Below, piece after piece: positions 40,015-51,811 of a DNA stretch of 55,706 bases. The translations under genes and the position numbers were made by a program. The notes beneath the pieces were generated by a model, which was given only the letters and a program-made list of their open reading frames with translations, did no database searches and had not been told where the DNA came from. Origin of the DNA: Candidatus Uhrbacteria bacterium RIFOXYC2_FULL_47_19 (GTDB lineage: Bacteria > Patescibacteriota > Patescibacteriia > SG8-24); NCBI GenBank assembly GCA_001791745.1, contig MGFG01000026.1, positions 1 to 55,706 on the forward strand, given 5' to 3'. Each line of letters starts with the position of its first letter. Within the stretch, counting starts at the first letter, position 1.

Positions 40015-40339
40015 TGTCGACGACGCGCCACTAGGCGTAATAAGGGTAATTTTGCCCTAAGTAGACGTAAATAAGTGATGTTGGCCGAAACTGTCGCCTA
40101 ACTTGGCCATCACAACAATCGCCTTGCTCCGGTTGCCAAAAACGGTGTCCGAATAGCAAGGGGATGTTTTTGTTTATTAGCCAAAATAAAGAAATTAGTT
40201 GTGTGAAGTGGATCGAGCGTCGGAAGAGGAGGCTTGATGCAACCGGCGCTATAGCTCAACTATTTCTATCAAGATCGTAAATAAGACGCATTGAGATCGG
40301 GCTTCGTCACCCCGAACTTGAAGCGATTCACAGTTACCT

Positions 40340-43300
40340 ATGAGATTTAAACGCGTCAAGCCAGTATCGAGGGAGCGCAAGTCTTTTACGGGCATCGTGG
40401 ATTCGATGGAGTTGCCCGATTTAATCGAGATTCAGAAGAATTCCTATGGGTGGCTCTTCAATGATGGCTTGCGAGAGCTATTCGAAGAGATCTCTCCGGT
40501 CAGGGATTTTATCGGTCGTGATCTAGAGTTGTACTTTCTTGACTACTATCTAGATGAGCCCAAGTTCGATGAGGTGACAGCCCGAGCTAAGAACTTAACT
40601 TTCGAGGCTCCGTTGCGAGTGCGTGCTCGTTTGATTAACAAACGGACAGCTGAGACCAAAGAACAGGAGATTTATTTAGGCGATTTTCCACTAATGACCG
40701 ATCGTGGAACCTTCGTCATTAATGGTATCGAGCGTGTTATTGTCTCTCAGTTGGTTCGCTCGGCTGGTGTATTTTTCACCGTAGATAACGTTCGTGGTCG
40801 TAAGTATTTCGGTGCCAAGATTATTCCGAATCGTGGTGCTTGGCTCGAGATGGAGACCGACTCTAACAATGTTATTTGGGTAAAGATTGATCGAAAGAGG
40901 AAGGTGGCAGTCAGTTCACTACTGCGTGCTTTTGGTTACTCCAGTGACGAAGAGATACTGGCATTGTTTGCTGATGTTGATGTGCATCCTTCTATTAATT
41001 ACATGCAGAGCACAGTCGATAAAGACATTGCCAAAGAAGAGGACACAGGATTAAAAGAGGTTTACAAACGTATTCGACCGGGTGACCTGGCAACTGTCGA
41101 TAATGCTCGTTCTTTGATTTACTCGATGTTCTTCAACTTCGATCGTTACGATTTGGGTAAGGTGGGTCGTTATAAATTCTCGCAACGGTTTGGATTGAAC
41201 TACACTCAGGACGATATCGACCGACCAGAGAACCGAATCTTGAGACGTGAGGACCTGGTAACTATTGTTCGTGAATTAATTCGGTTAAACATCACTCAAG
41301 AAGAACCAGATGATGTCGATCATCTTGGTAATCGTCGTGTGCGTTCTGCTGGTGAGCTAGTACAAAACAGGTTGCGTGTCGGTATGTCTCGCATGGAGCG
41401 CATCATCAAGGATCGCATGTCTACCATGGACATTCTGACCTTGTCGCCATCCAAATTGGTCAATGCTCGACCGATTATTGGTGTGATTCGTGAGTTCTTC
41501 ATGTCTTCTCAGTTGTCGCAGTTCATGGATCAGGTCAATCCGTTAGCTGAACTCGAACACAAACGGCGTCTATCAGCCATGGGTCCAGGTGGATTGTCGC
41601 GTGAGCGGGCCGGATTCGACGTACGTGACGTACATCCGACTCACTATGGACGTATTTGCCCGATTGCCACACCTGAAGGTCCGAACATTGGACTAGTTGG
41701 TCACTTGGCGAGCTACGCTAGGATCAATGAATACGGGTTTATTGAGACTCCCTATCGTAAGGTTTTGCGCGCAGTTAAGAATGATGGTCAAAGCGCAACT
41801 GGGGAGATGGCGAGAGGTGACATTCTTGATGGTAAGAAGGTGTTGGTTAAAGATGGCAACGAAATTTCGGCTGCCGATGCCAAGAGTATTGCTAAGCTAG
41901 GTTTAGAATCAGTTCCAATCAAGCCACGAGCTACGAGTGAGATCGTCTATTTGAATGCTTTCACTGAAGAGAAATCGATCACAACTTCCGCGACTACTAA
42001 GTTGGACGAACGCGGCTACTTTATTGAGCCACGTGTTAGTGTACGTAAATTTGGTGAACCGTCTGTCGAAGATGTCGATCAGATCGATTACATGGACGTT
42101 TCTTCTAAACAGATTGTCTCCATTCAGACCTCCTGCGTTCCATTCCTCGAACACGATGATGCCAACCGTGCTTTGATGGCGTCAAACATGCAGCGACAAG
42201 CTGTGCCTTGCATCAATCCGGATGCACCAATCGTTGGCACAGGCATGGAGCGTCGAGCTGCATTGGATTCTGGACATGTCATGGTATCTAAGTGCGATGG
42301 AAAGGTGACTTTGGTTCAGTCTGATCGCATTGTTGTAACTGGTAAGGATGGCAATGAGGATGTTTTCAACTTGAGTAAATTTGTACGGTCGAATGGTTCG
42401 ACCTGTATGAATCAGCGTCCGCGGGTTGATCTGGGACAGGAAGTCAAAACCGGTGATTTGTTGGCTGATGGATCTTCCATTGATCATGGTGAGTTGGCTC
42501 TGGGACAGAATCTACTAGTAGCTTTCCTCTCTTGGGAGGGTTACAACTACGAGGACGCCATCATCGTCTCTGAACGAATGGTCCAGAAGGATCGCTTTAC
42601 ATCCATACACATAGAGAATTTCCCAATCGACGTACGTGAGACCAAACTTGGTCCAGAATTGGTGACTTCTGATATTCCGAACATTAGTGAAGAGAAGCTG
42701 GCAAATCTAGATGCCGAAGGTATTGTCCGAATCGGTGCTGAAGTCAGTTCAGGTGATATTTTAGTCGGTAAGATTACCCCTAAAGGTGAGACTGAGCTTT
42801 CCGCTGAAGAGAAGTTATTGCGTGCGATTTTCGGCGAGAAAGCTCGTGATGTGCGAGATAGTTCTCTGTATCTGGAGCACGGTGGTCATGGCAAGGTGGT
42901 GGATATTAAGGTTTTCTCTCGTGAACAGGGTGACAAGCTCCCACCGGGAGTCATTCAGTCTATTCAGGTTTCGATCGCCACGCTACGCAAGATCCAGGTT
43001 GGCGATAAGATGGCTGGCCGACACGGTAACAAGGGTGTGGTTTCCAAGATCGTTCCAGTTGAAGACATGCCTTTCCTAGAGGACGGTACTTCGGTCGACA
43101 TCATCCTGTCGCCGCTCGGTGTCGTGTCACGTATGAACCTAGGCCAGATTTTAGAAACTCATCTAGGTCTGGCAGCTAATGCTCTGGGCTACCACGTAGT
43201 TACTCCGACTTTGAACGGTATCACTGAAGATGAAATTCGCGGAGAGCTTAGGGAGGCCGGGTTCCCGGAGACTGGACAGCTGACTTTGTTTGATGGTCGT

Positions 43301-43819
43301 ACAGGTGTGCCCTTCGATAACAAGGTCACTATCGGCCATAAGTACATGCTCAAACTGAACCACATGGTCGAGGACAAGATCCATCAACGTTCGATTGGTC
43401 CGTACTCGCTCATAACTCAACAGCCTTTGGGTGGTAAGGCTCAATTTGGTGGACAGAGGTTTGGTGAAATGGAAGTTTGGGCTTTGGAAGCCTATGGTGC
43501 AGCTCATACTTTGCAAGAGATCCTGACCATTAAGTCTGATGACGTACCTGGTAGAGCTAAGGCGTATGAGTCGATCATTAAAGGTGAACCAATCAGGAAA
43601 ATTAATATTCCTGAGTCGTTCAACGTACTCATTCGTGAGTTGAAGGGATTGGCACTTGATGTCGAACTCATGAAGGGTGGGAAGCGAGTGGATGCCGAAG
43701 AGCTGCGGCAAGGTACCATGCCTTCGTTGTTGGTTGGCGTAGCATCGGGCAGGTCGGCCGATGCTGGATCAGAAAAGCGATCTGCGTCTAGCGGAAATCG
43801 CGAAGAGTACGAGGACTAA
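40340..43819 (+). CDS. rpoB: RNA polymerase beta subunit
   Basis: GTFVINGIERVIVSQL, TPEGPNIGL, GDKMAGRHGNKGV, GGQRFGEME. Confidence 0.99.
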   Translation: MRFKRVKPVSRERKSFTGIVDSMELPDLIEIQKNSYGWLFNDGLRELFEEISPVRDFIGRDLELYFLDYYLDEPKFDEVTARAKNLTFEAPLRVRARLINKRTAETKEQEIYLGDFPLMTDRGTFVINGIERVIVSQLVRSAGVFFTVDNVRGRKYFGAKIIPNRGAWLEMETDSNNVIWVKIDRKRKVAVSSLLRAFGYSSDEEILALFADVDVHPSINYMQSTVDKDIAKEEDTGLKEVYKRIRPGDLATVDNARSLIYSMFFNFDRYDLGKVGRYKFSQRFGLNYTQDDIDRPENRILRREDLVTIVRELIRLNITQEEPDDVDHLGNRRVRSAGELVQNRLRVGMSRMERIIKDRMSTMDILTLSPSKLVNARPIIGVIREFFMSSQLSQFMDQVNPLAELEHKRRLSAMGPGGLSRERAGFDVRDVHPTHYGRICPIATPEGPNIGLVGHLASYARINEYGFIETPYRKVLRAVKNDGQSATGEMARGDILDGKKVLVKDGNEISAADAKSIAKLGLESVPIKPRATSEIVYLNAFTEEKSITTSATTKLDERGYFIEPRVSVRKFGEPSVEDVDQIDYMDVSSKQIVSIQTSCVPFLEHDDANRALMASNMQRQAVPCINPDAPIVGTGMERRAALDSGHVMVSKCDGKVTLVQSDRIVVTGKDGNEDVFNLSKFVRSNGSTCMNQRPRVDLGQEVKTGDLLADGSSIDHGELALGQNLLVAFLSWEGYNYEDAIIVSERMVQKDRFTSIHIENFPIDVRETKLGPELVTSDIPNISEEKLANLDAEGIVRIGAEVSSGDILVGKITPKGETELSAEEKLLRAIFGEKARDVRDSSLYLEHGGHGKVVDIKVFSREQGDKLPPGVIQSIQVSIATLRKIQVGDKMAGRHGNKGVVSKIVPVEDMPFLEDGTSVDIILSPLGVVSRMNLGQILETHLGLAANALGYHVVTPTLNGITEDEIRGELREAGFPETGQLTLFDGRTGVPFDNKVTIGHKYMLKLNHMVEDKIHQRSIGPYSLITQQPLGGKAQFGGQRFGEMEVWALEAYGAAHTLQEILTIKSDDVPGRAKAYESIIKGEPIRKINIPESFNVLIRELKGLALDVELMKGGKRVDAEELRQGTMPSLLVGVASGRSADAGSEKRSASSGNREEYED

Positions 43820-43841
43820 TCCTGGATCATCATAGAATCAT

Positions 43842-46800
43842 ATGAACCCCATAGCAGAGCAGTTCAAGATTCAGGACTTCGACGCCGTACGTCTTAAGTT
43901 GGCGTCGCCGGAGGTGATCCGTGGTTGGTCTTACGGAGAGGTCTCCAATCCTGAAACGATTAACTATCGTACCCAAAAACCGGAGAAGGGTGGCCTTTTC
44001 GCTGAGGAAATTTTCGGTCCGTCGAAGGATTGGGAATGTTACTGCGGTAAATACAAGAAGGTGCGTTACAAGGGAATTATTTGCGATAAATGCGGTGTCG
44101 AAGTGACTCACTCATTGGTGCGTCGTGAGCGCATGGGTCACATCGAACTATCAGCTCCAGTTTCGCATATCTGGTTTTTGCGTGGTGTGCCTTCGAAGAT
44201 TGGTTTAGTCCTCGATTTGTCGGTGCAAAATCTTGAAAAGGTTATCTATTTTGCTAACTTCATTGTCACTGCAGTACGCGAGGATGCTAAGACTGAGACG
44301 TTGGAGCAGGTGAAAGAAGAATACAAGTCCAAGAAAAAGCAGATTGAGAATGAGTATAAGCGGATCGTTGACGAGTCTGAGAAGAATACCGATAAGAAGA
44401 TTGATCAGGAGAAACTGTTGGCTGAAGCTTTTGATCTCAAGACTCAGAAGCTTAAAGATTTAGATGAAGATTTCCGTACAGTTGAGAAGGAACTCAAGGA
44501 GATTACAGTCAATCGGATCATCTCTGAGAGTGTTTATCAGGATTGGTCACTGAAGTATGGTCACATTTTCGATGCTGGTATTGGTGCAGAGGCCATTCGT
44601 TATCTGCTCGAGAAGACTGACATCGATGTTAAAATTGCCGAGCTAGAAGAAGAGATGCTCGATGTGATGGTTGGTGCTCGTTACGACAAATTGGTCCGTC
44701 GGGTCAAGTTGCTCAAGGCACTTAAAACTAATGGTATTAGACCTGAGTGGATGGTTATGGTTGCGGTCCCGGTTATTCCGCCAGACCTCCGTCCAATGGT
44801 TCCCCTTGATGGTGGACGTTTTGCTGCTTCTGACCTTAATGATCTGTACCGTCGGGTTATCAATCGGAACAATCGTTTGAAGAAATTGATGGACTTGAAT
44901 GCACCGGAAGTTATTACCCGGAATGAGAAGCGCATGATGCAGGAGGCAGTCGATGCTTTGATCGACAACTCCGCCCGTCAGGCTAAGACTGTGGTCGCTG
45001 CTACCGGTAAGAAGCGTCAGCTTAAGTCGTTAGCCGATATTTTGAAGGGTAAGCAAGGTCGTTTCCGTCAGAACTTGTTGGGTAAGCGTATCGACTATTC
45101 GGGACGTTCCGTCATTGTGGTTGGTCCAACTTTGAAGTTGAATCAATGCGGTTTGCCAAAAATGATGGCCTTAGAGTTGTTTAAGCCGTTTGTTATCTCG
45201 CAGTTGATCAAGCGTAGTTACTGCCACAACATCCGGAGTGCTAATCGTTACATTGAATCTGATCATCCAGAGGTTTGGGATATTCTCGAAGAGATTACTA
45301 GTGATTCTTTGGTCTTACTGAATCGTGCTCCGACCTTGCATCGACTAGGTATTCAAGCTTTTCAGCCCAAACTGATTGAAGGTAAGGCCATTCAAATTCA
45401 TCCGATGGTCTGCCCGTCTTTCAATGCGGACTTCGATGGTGACCAGATGGCTGTTCATGTACCACTCACCGAAGAAGCCAAGAAAGAAGCTCGTGAGCGA
45501 ATGATGGCTACTCATAATTTACTCAAGCCAGCCACTGGTGCTCCAATCATTCGTCCGGATAAGGATGTGGCTTGGGGTATCTACTACATGACCTCGACCA
45601 TTCCTCCTCAAGGAGGATTGGAGAAGCCACGTTTATTCAGTAATCCCAAGGAGGCTGTTTTGGCCTATCGTCTGCGCAAGATTGAAATGCGTGAGTTGAT
45701 TTCGGTTCGGTTGCAGCCGGGCGAGAAACCAGTCGATACTAATGTTGGACGCATTATCTTAAATCGAGTCATTCCAGAGCATTTCGGCTACGTCAATCAA
45801 CAACTCGATGCTAAGCAGGTTGGTGAGATTGTACGTGAGTGTTTGGAGAAGTGTGGGCAAGAACGAACTGTTCAATTGGTTGATGATTTGAAGAACATTG
45901 GCTACCACTACATTACTGTTTCTGGTTATTCGTGGGGTATGGCCGATCTACCAGCCATTCCATCGAAAAATTTGTTGATCGAGGAAGGAGACAAATCCAT
46001 TGAGGAGGTTGAAGAACAGTATCAAGAAGGTTTGCTGACTAAATCAGAGCGTCACTCCAAGATCGTCGATATTTGGTCCAACATCAAAGATCGAGTAACT
46101 AAGTTAGCTAAGGAGAATTTACCGAAGGATGGTCCGACTTCGTCGATGATTGAGTCGGGTGCGCGTGGATCTTGGGGCCAGCTTACTCAGATTATTGGTA
46201 TGAAGGGTCTGGTGGCCAGCCCATCAGGTGAAATTATTGAATTACCGGTTAAAGCTAACTTCAAAGAAGGATTTGATGTACTGGAGTATTTTATCTCGAC
46301 ACATGGTGCACGTAAGGGTTCATCCGATACGGCTTTACGTACTGCTAACGCTGGTTACCTAACTCGTCGTCTAGTCGATGTGTCGCAAGACGTGGTTATT
46401 CGCGAAGAGGATTGTGGTGACACCAAGGGTAATCTGATTACCAAAAAAGAGAGCGAGGAGATGGGGCAGACCGTGGTCGGCCGCATCTTAGGTCGATACT
46501 TACTAGAGGAGATCAAAGATCCAGAGAGTGGCAAGGCTCTTATTAAGAAGGGTGAATTGGTAACCGAGAGTGTTGCTCGCAATTTGACTTCTTTAGACCT
46601 TGAACAAGTACACGTCAGATCAGTGCTTGAGTGCCGTTTACCTAAAGGTATTTGTAAGAAATGCTACGGTTACGATTTGGCTTACAATAAGCCGGTCAAG
46701 ATTGGTGTTCCGGTCGGTATTATGGCCGCTCAGTCGATCGGTGAACCAGGAACCCAGCTCACTATGCGTACCTTCCATAGTGGAGGTGTGGCTGGTGGTT

Positions 46801-47858
46801 CTGATATCACTCAAGGTCTACCACGTGTCGAAGAATTGTTTGAGGCACGACCACCTAAGCGTCGGGCCTACATGACTGAGGTCTCAGGTCAGGTGACGGT
46901 CGAGGAGATCGAACGACACATGATTGAAGGCCCTGAAGGTCAGAAGTTACTTGCTCCTTTTGTTGGACATAAGATCGTTCGGGTCCGCTATCAGGATAAG
47001 GATGGTGAAACTTATAAGTTGAACCGGGATGAGGAGGTGTTAGTCGAAGAGGGTGCCAAAGTTAAGGAAGGTCAGTTGCTTATTAGACGTAAGGATGGTA
47101 CCGAGATTGTTTCCGAACGTTCGGGCAGCGCCAAGATCAACAAGAAGAGCGTCAAAGTTGTTCGTGATATCGAGAAGGATAAAGACTACATCATTCCTCC
47201 GGGTTATGTGATTTACGTTCGAACCGGTGATCAGGTCGAAGCTGGGCAACCCATCACTGATGGCCATCTTGATCTTCAGTTGTTGTACAAACTCCGTGGT
47301 AAGGAGGCGGTGCAGAAGTATGTTCTCAAAGATGTGCAGGCCATTTATACGTCACAAGGTCAGAAACTCAACGACAAGCACATCGAGATTATCGTCCGTC
47401 AAATGTTCTCTCGTGTTAACGTTAGCGATGCTGGAGATACTGATTTGTTGCCTGGAGAGATCATTGAGAAGGCTCAGTTCATGATTGAGAATGCCAAGAT
47501 CAAGGAGAGTGGTGGTCAGCTCGCTAAAGCACAAGAGTTGTTCCTGGGTATCACTAAGATCTCGCTCTCTACTCAGAGCTTCTTGTCGTCTGCCTCATTC
47601 CAAGAGACAGCTCGGGTACTAATCAACGCAGCGGTTACTGGTAAGATTGATCCGCTCGAGGGTCTTAAGGAAAACATTATTATCGGTCGACTGATTCCAG
47701 CGGGTACTGGATTGGATCCGGTCACAGTCTACCCTGAAGATGGTAGTTGGCCAGTATTAGCGACGGAGGTTGCGGATGAAGCAACTAACGATAGTGGTGA
47801 CCAGCAAACACTAAAGGAGGAAGCTCCAGACGTTGGATCTGATCAGGCCAAGGAGTAG
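43842..47858 (+). CDS. rpoC: RNA polymerase beta' subunit
   Basis: Zn finger [33 protein letters not shown]. Confidence 0.99.
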   Translation: MNPIAEQFKIQDFDAVRLKLASPEVIRGWSYGEVSNPETINYRTQKPEKGGLFAEEIFGPSKDWECYCGKYKKVRYKGIICDKCGVEVTHSLVRRERMGHIELSAPVSHIWFLRGVPSKIGLVLDLSVQNLEKVIYFANFIVTAVREDAKTETLEQVKEEYKSKKKQIENEYKRIVDESEKNTDKKIDQEKLLAEAFDLKTQKLKDLDEDFRTVEKELKEITVNRIISESVYQDWSLKYGHIFDAGIGAEAIRYLLEKTDIDVKIAELEEEMLDVMVGARYDKLVRRVKLLKALKTNGIRPEWMVMVAVPVIPPDLRPMVPLDGGRFAASDLNDLYRRVINRNNRLKKLMDLNAPEVITRNEKRMMQEAVDALIDNSARQAKTVVAATGKKRQLKSLADILKGKQGRFRQNLLGKRIDYSGRSVIVVGPTLKLNQCGLPKMMALELFKPFVISQLIKRSYCHNIRSANRYIESDHPEVWDILEEITSDSLVLLNRAPTLHRLGIQAFQPKLIEGKAIQIHPMVCPSFNADFDGDQMAVHVPLTEEAKKEARERMMATHNLLKPATGAPIIRPDKDVAWGIYYMTSTIPPQGGLEKPRLFSNPKEAVLAYRLRKIEMRELISVRLQPGEKPVDTNVGRIILNRVIPEHFGYVNQQLDAKQVGEIVRECLEKCGQERTVQLVDDLKNIGYHYITVSGYSWGMADLPAIPSKNLLIEEGDKSIEEVEEQYQEGLLTKSERHSKIVDIWSNIKDRVTKLAKENLPKDGPTSSMIESGARGSWGQLTQIIGMKGLVASPSGEIIELPVKANFKEGFDVLEYFISTHGARKGSSDTALRTANAGYLTRRLVDVSQDVVIREEDCGDTKGNLITKKESEEMGQTVVGRILGRYLLEEIKDPESGKALIKKGELVTESVARNLTSLDLEQVHVRSVLECRLPKGICKKCYGYDLAYNKPVKIGVPVGIMAAQSIGEPGTQLTMRTFHSGGVAGGSDITQGLPRVEELFEARPPKRRAYMTEVSGQVTVEEIERHMIEGPEGQKLLAPFVGHKIVRVRYQDKDGETYKLNRDEEVLVEEGAKVKEGQLLIRRKDGTEIVSERSGSAKINKKSVKVVRDIEKDKDYIIPPGYVIYVRTGDQVEAGQPITDGHLDLQLLYKLRGKEAVQKYVLKDVQAIYTSQGQKLNDKHIEIIVRQMFSRVNVSDAGDTDLLPGEIIEKAQFMIENAKIKESGGQLAKAQELFLGITKISLSTQSFLSSASFQETARVLINAAVTGKIDPLEGLKENIIIGRLIPAGTGLDPVTVYPEDGSWPVLATEVADEATNDSGDQQTLKEEAPDVGSDQAKE

Positions 47859-47881
47859 TTGGTCTTTCGGTCAAAAATAAC

Positions 47882-47915
47882 AAACAAAACTCCGTCCTCT
47901 GGCGGGGTTTTGTTT
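47882..47915 (+). terminator. rpoC terminator
   Basis: AAACAAAACTCCG...CGGGGTTTTGTTT. Confidence 0.75.
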
Positions 47916-48041
47916 ATTCGTACGTATTTCGTACTCATCTTAAATTTGACTGCTAAACAATTCGGCCTTTTTGCCTCATTGAGGCAACTGTTTGTTGATG
48001 GTAGAGTGCAGGATGTTGGTCAACCTAGCGATTTTTCTTTT

Positions 48042-48758
48042 ATGTCAGGACATTCGAAATGGGCGAACATCAAACATCGGAAAGGTGCTGCTGATTTGAG
48101 GCGTGCGGCACTTTTCACCAAACTATCCAAGAATATTACTGTGACTGCTCGCAATGGTGGAGATCCGGAGTTCAATTTTTCGTTGCGTACAGCGATCGAC
48201 AAGGCGTTAGCTGCCAACATGACCAAAGACAAGGTCGATCAGGCCATTAAACGCGGAACAGGGGAGATTGCTGGTGGCATTATTGAGGAGGTGCTGTATG
48301 AGGGGTTCGGTCCAGGTGGAGTGGCTGTACTGGTTGAGGCTCTAACTGACAACCGGAATCGCACTAGCTCTAGTCTCAAGCATGTTTTTAGTAAGCATGG
48401 TGGAAATTTAAGTGGTAGCGGTTCTGTGCAATGGATGTTTGTCCGTCGGGGAGTGGTTAGAGCTCGAGGTAAATCCGGATTGTCTGACGATGAACAGCTA
48501 ACGTTAATCGAAGCAGGTACAGATGATCTCGCTACGGAGAATGGGGTGCAGATCTTAACCTGCCAGCCAGATTCTTTGATGCAGGTCCGTCAAGCTGCAG
48601 CTGGAATCAGTCTCGATACATTTGAGGTTGGTTTGGAATGGGAAGCTAAAGAGACAGCCGAGGTCGAGTCAGCTATTCGCGGACAGATTGAAAGTCTATT
48701 CGAAGCACTTGATGACGATGAGGATGTTTCAGATATCTACTCCAATGTTGAATTATAA
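48042..48758 (+). CDS. yebC: YebC/PmpR family protein
   Basis: MSGHSKWANIKHRK, YEGFGPGGVA, TDNRNRT, D.DEDV..IYSN. Confidence 0.96.
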   Translation: MSGHSKWANIKHRKGAADLRRAALFTKLSKNITVTARNGGDPEFNFSLRTAIDKALAANMTKDKVDQAIKRGTGEIAGGIIEEVLYEGFGPGGVAVLVEALTDNRNRTSSSLKHVFSKHGGNLSGSGSVQWMFVRRGVVRARGKSGLSDDEQLTLIEAGTDDLATENGVQILTCQPDSLMQVRQAAAGISLDTFEVGLEWEAKETAEVESAIRGQIESLFEALDDDEDVSDIYSNVEL

Positions 48759-49257
48759 ACATGAAAAAACTGAGCAGATTATTCTTGGCATAGATCCGGG
48801 CTATGCAGATATGGGCTACGGTTTAATTTCACGTTCTTGTGGTCGTGATCGTTGTTTGGCTTACGGTAGCCTGCGGACTGCGGCTGGTGCACCAACTGGA
48901 GAACGTTTGCAGGATATTCACGATGGTTTGGTGAAGTTAATAACAGAATTTCATCCAGATCAGGCAGCTGTTGAGCGATTATTTTTTTCTAGAAATGCTA
49001 AAACCGCAATTCCAGTGGCTGAGGCACGTGGGGTGATCCTTTTATGCCTAACTCAACAGGGTGTATCGTGCATTGAATTTAGTCCGGCCGAGGTAAAGAT
49101 GGCCGTTTGTGGACACGGACGAGCAGATAAGACAGAGATGCAGAAGATGGTTCAGATTCTTCTTAGATTAGAGCAGTTGCCAAGACCAGATGATGCAGCC
49201 GATGCGTTGGCTCTGGCCTTGGCCTTGGCTAGTACTAATGTACCAATAATGGTTTAG
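48745..49257 (+). CDS. ruvC: Holliday junction resolvase
   Basis: ILGIDPG, VERLFF..N, ARGV, VK.AV.G.G.A.K, DDAADALA. Start placed at ATG 48745. Confidence 0.93.
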   Translation: MLNYKHEKTEQIILGIDPGYADMGYGLISRSCGRDRCLAYGSLRTAAGAPTGERLQDIHDGLVKLITEFHPDQAAVERLFFSRNAKTAIPVAEARGVILLCLTQQGVSCIEFSPAEVKMAVCGHGRADKTEMQKMVQILLRLEQLPRPDDAADALALALALASTNVPIMV

Positions 49258-49360
49258 GGTCATTTTTTAATTTAAAATTAGCGAAATTGGAGAGCGGATT
49301 TCGATTCCGCTCTTTTCAAGTCCTCAAAAAAGTGCTATACTTAGCCTAATAAAAACAAAC

Positions 49361-50128
49361 ATGGATCTTCGAATTAAAATAGGTGTCGGAGTAGTGTTGG
49401 TTTTCTGCTTGTTCGGAAATAGCAGTGTGGCCTCGGTCTCGGCTGTAACTGAGCTAGATACCGACGGTGACGGTTTGACCGACAGGTTAGAAGAGACGGT
49501 CTACTTTACCGACCGATTAGTTTCGGATACCGATGGTGATGGTTATGCCGACGGGCTCGAGATAGTGAACGGCTACTCGCCGCGCCATGCCGATGAACGT
49601 CGTTTAGTTGATGTAGATTCGGATCTGGACTACTTGAACGACGACTGGGAGATAAAATTAGGCACTGGATTACTGAACCCCGACTCGGACGGGGATTTAT
49701 TTTTGGACGGAACCGAAGTAGCGGCTGGATTCGATCCAATTAGTTTGGAGCCAGTGAAGTTGGAGAAATTAATTCGGGTTGATGATAAGAATTTAACTCT
49801 GACTTACAGTTTTGGTGGACGGGACTTGGATACGATTCCTGTTTCAACAGGCAAACCAGGTATGCCGACTCCACGGGGCGAGTTTACGATCTTGGACAAG
49901 ATTCCGGTCAAACACTATGGCGGTCCAGGTTTCGACTTGCCTAATACCAAATGGAATTTGCTGTTTACCCGCAGTTCCTCCGGTCTGGGCTATTACATCC
50001 ACGGTGCCTACTGGCACAATCTGTTCGGTAAGGCTCGTGTTTCGCATGGCTGTGTCAACGTCAGATATGCTGATATGGAGCGTCTTTACTTTTGGACCCA
50101 GCAGGGGACGAGGGTGGTGGTGGAATAG
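49361..50128 (+). CDS. L,D-transpeptidase (YkuD) with DxDxDG Ca-binding repeats
   Basis: Signal peptide, four D.D.D repeats, VSTG, TP.G.F, IHG...SHGCV catalytic motif. Confidence 0.92.
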   Translation: MDLRIKIGVGVVLVFCLFGNSSVASVSAVTELDTDGDGLTDRLEETVYFTDRLVSDTDGDGYADGLEIVNGYSPRHADERRLVDVDSDLDYLNDDWEIKLGTGLLNPDSDGDLFLDGTEVAAGFDPISLEPVKLEKLIRVDDKNLTLTYSFGGRDLDTIPVSTGKPGMPTPRGEFTILDKIPVKHYGGPGFDLPNTKWNLLFTRSSSGLGYYIHGAYWHNLFGKARVSHGCVNVRYADMERLYFWTQQGTRVVVE

Positions 50129-50172
50129 GGTTTCTGTTACATTAAGCTAAATAAGTTTTTCACTTGGTTTTT

Positions 50173-51693
50173 ATGCCGACAAGAAGAGGGATCCAATCCG
50201 AAACGACACATGAAAAAGGATTTAATTCAGAGGTAGATAGGGAATGCGGTGAATCTCCCGTTTCGGCTGACTTTGGTTCCTTTCAAGAAGCCAGAAAGAA
50301 GCTGGGCAAACAACTCTTGGATCGGACACGTGACGAAGAGGAGATGTGTGTTACCTCTCCGGAAGAGGCGGCTGGACTAAAAGTTTTAGCTCGATTCGGT
50401 CCGTTGTCCATCCGTGAAGTGGAAAGCAAGGAAGTCCTGCGTGGAGATGCGAATTTCTCTAAATCCTTGTCGAGTTTTTGCAGCTCGGTTAGAATGTTTC
50501 TGTCTCAAAAAGATAGAGAACACCTGCAGATCTACAGTTTGGTTTCCTATTTGGAACGGTGTGCGGGTTCTGGATACATGGACGAGATAGAATTTGAGTG
50601 TTGGGGACGCGAAGAAAAGACAAATTTCAACAAAAACTTTGAGGTAATCGACAGACAGCGTCGCGGACGTGATTCCATCCGTATCTTTTACGTCAGAAGA
50701 AAAATTGAGGTTGATAGGGTTCGTCTTGAGATGGCGATGAGATTGGTGCAAGAAATCATTTCCGAAAGCGATAAATTACATGACGGCAGGTATCGGGGAA
50801 CGGTGCCTGATTCTGTCATCACGGAAAATAGAAATGTTATCTACAAATTCATCAAAAGTTTTTCTGGAGAGGAGGGGATAGAACTTCCGTGCGTTATGGA
50901 CAGCGTTACGGCTAAGTTCGCTGTAGTCGACGATCGCGTTCTCTCCAAGAGCCGGGAAAGTGAGGAGAAGAAGGATCGACTGGAAGTCAGTTTTGACTTG
51001 AGTCTCCTGACGGAAAAGGAGGTGGGTGAGATTCCTGACGCCCTGCTGCGGCTCGGAAAGATCAGCATACCCAAAAGTAGCCTGTCAGTCCTGATCGGAT
51101 ATAACGGATCGGGTAAGACCACATTGTTGAATTCCCTGCGCGTGGCCGCCAGCCACTTCGGCAGACGTTTAGGAGAGGACTATAGTGACATAGCCTGTGA
51201 TCTTGAGAAAAGAGAGTATTGGAACGGTTCCATACCGACCTTCGTTCCTAGTTTTGCCCGTACCATGGATATCGGTGGTCTCTCGGTTCCGGAAGGTGAG
51301 AATAGCGTTATCTATCTTAATTTTTCGAGATTCGCTCAGAACATAGCGTCACACAACGATTTATCGGCCAACCCACTGTCCAACATGATGAGGAAGCAGA
51401 GCGTCAACCAAGGATCGACAGGCGAATTGCAGTTGGCTTTCTTCGAGGATTCGATAAAAAAGTTTAACTTAGGTGAGTTTAAGGGTCTTTTGCTGATAGA
51501 CGAGCCGGAAAAGGGGCTTGATCCATGGAAGTTGCGGGACATGAAGAGACGGATCAGGGAAATGGCTCCGCAGGCGACCGTTATCGTAGCCACCCATAAT
51601 CCCATGCTGGCCTTCGATAAGGAGATAAGGAGGATAGACCTGCGTTTCCCAGAGAGGGGTTACCACGAGAACCAAGAGGAAGAAATGTTCTGA
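50173..51693 (+). CDS. Protein with C-terminal ABC-type ATPase domain and unknown N-terminal 270 aa
   Basis: Walker A GYNGSGKT, degenerate signature STGE, Walker B LLIDEPE, H-loop VATH. Confidence 0.75.
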   Translation: MPTRRGIQSETTHEKGFNSEVDRECGESPVSADFGSFQEARKKLGKQLLDRTRDEEEMCVTSPEEAAGLKVLARFGPLSIREVESKEVLRGDANFSKSLSSFCSSVRMFLSQKDREHLQIYSLVSYLERCAGSGYMDEIEFECWGREEKTNFNKNFEVIDRQRRGRDSIRIFYVRRKIEVDRVRLEMAMRLVQEIISESDKLHDGRYRGTVPDSVITENRNVIYKFIKSFSGEEGIELPCVMDSVTAKFAVVDDRVLSKSRESEEKKDRLEVSFDLSLLTEKEVGEIPDALLRLGKISIPKSSLSVLIGYNGSGKTTLLNSLRVAASHFGRRLGEDYSDIACDLEKREYWNGSIPTFVPSFARTMDIGGLSVPEGENSVIYLNFSRFAQNIASHNDLSANPLSNMMRKQSVNQGSTGELQLAFFEDSIKKFNLGEFKGLLLIDEPEKGLDPWKLRDMKRRIREMAPQATVIVATHNPMLAFDKEIRRIDLRFPERGYHENQEEEMF

Positions 51694-51754
51694 TGGTGGG
51701 GTCGAATCCCATCAGAACGGTTACCGCCCCTATCTGCCCGTCCGATTCCCGTCG

Positions 51755-51811
51755 TTCCGCCTCGAACGAAACAGCCGCCACCCGCAAGAGGTGACGGCCG
51801 TTTCATGGAGC
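51755..51811. repeat. 57-bp direct repeat, left copy (target-site-like)
   Basis: 54/57 identical to 54714-54770; contains the tRNA-Gly end TGGAGC and a hairpin. Confidence 0.9.

Noticed and set aside
44270-44520. Charged coiled-coil insertion in RpoC as a possible intein
   Set aside because: No intein terminal motifs; it resembles a lineage-specific beta' insertion.
47859-48041. N-terminal extension of yebC in the ORF track
   Set aside because: It spans the rpoC terminator; the family N-terminus MSGHSKW starts at 48042.
48761-48800. Possible frameshift at the ruvC start (ATG AAA AAA CTG, out of frame)
   Set aside because: An in-frame ATG at 48745 overlapping yebC gives an intact protein, so no recoding is needed.
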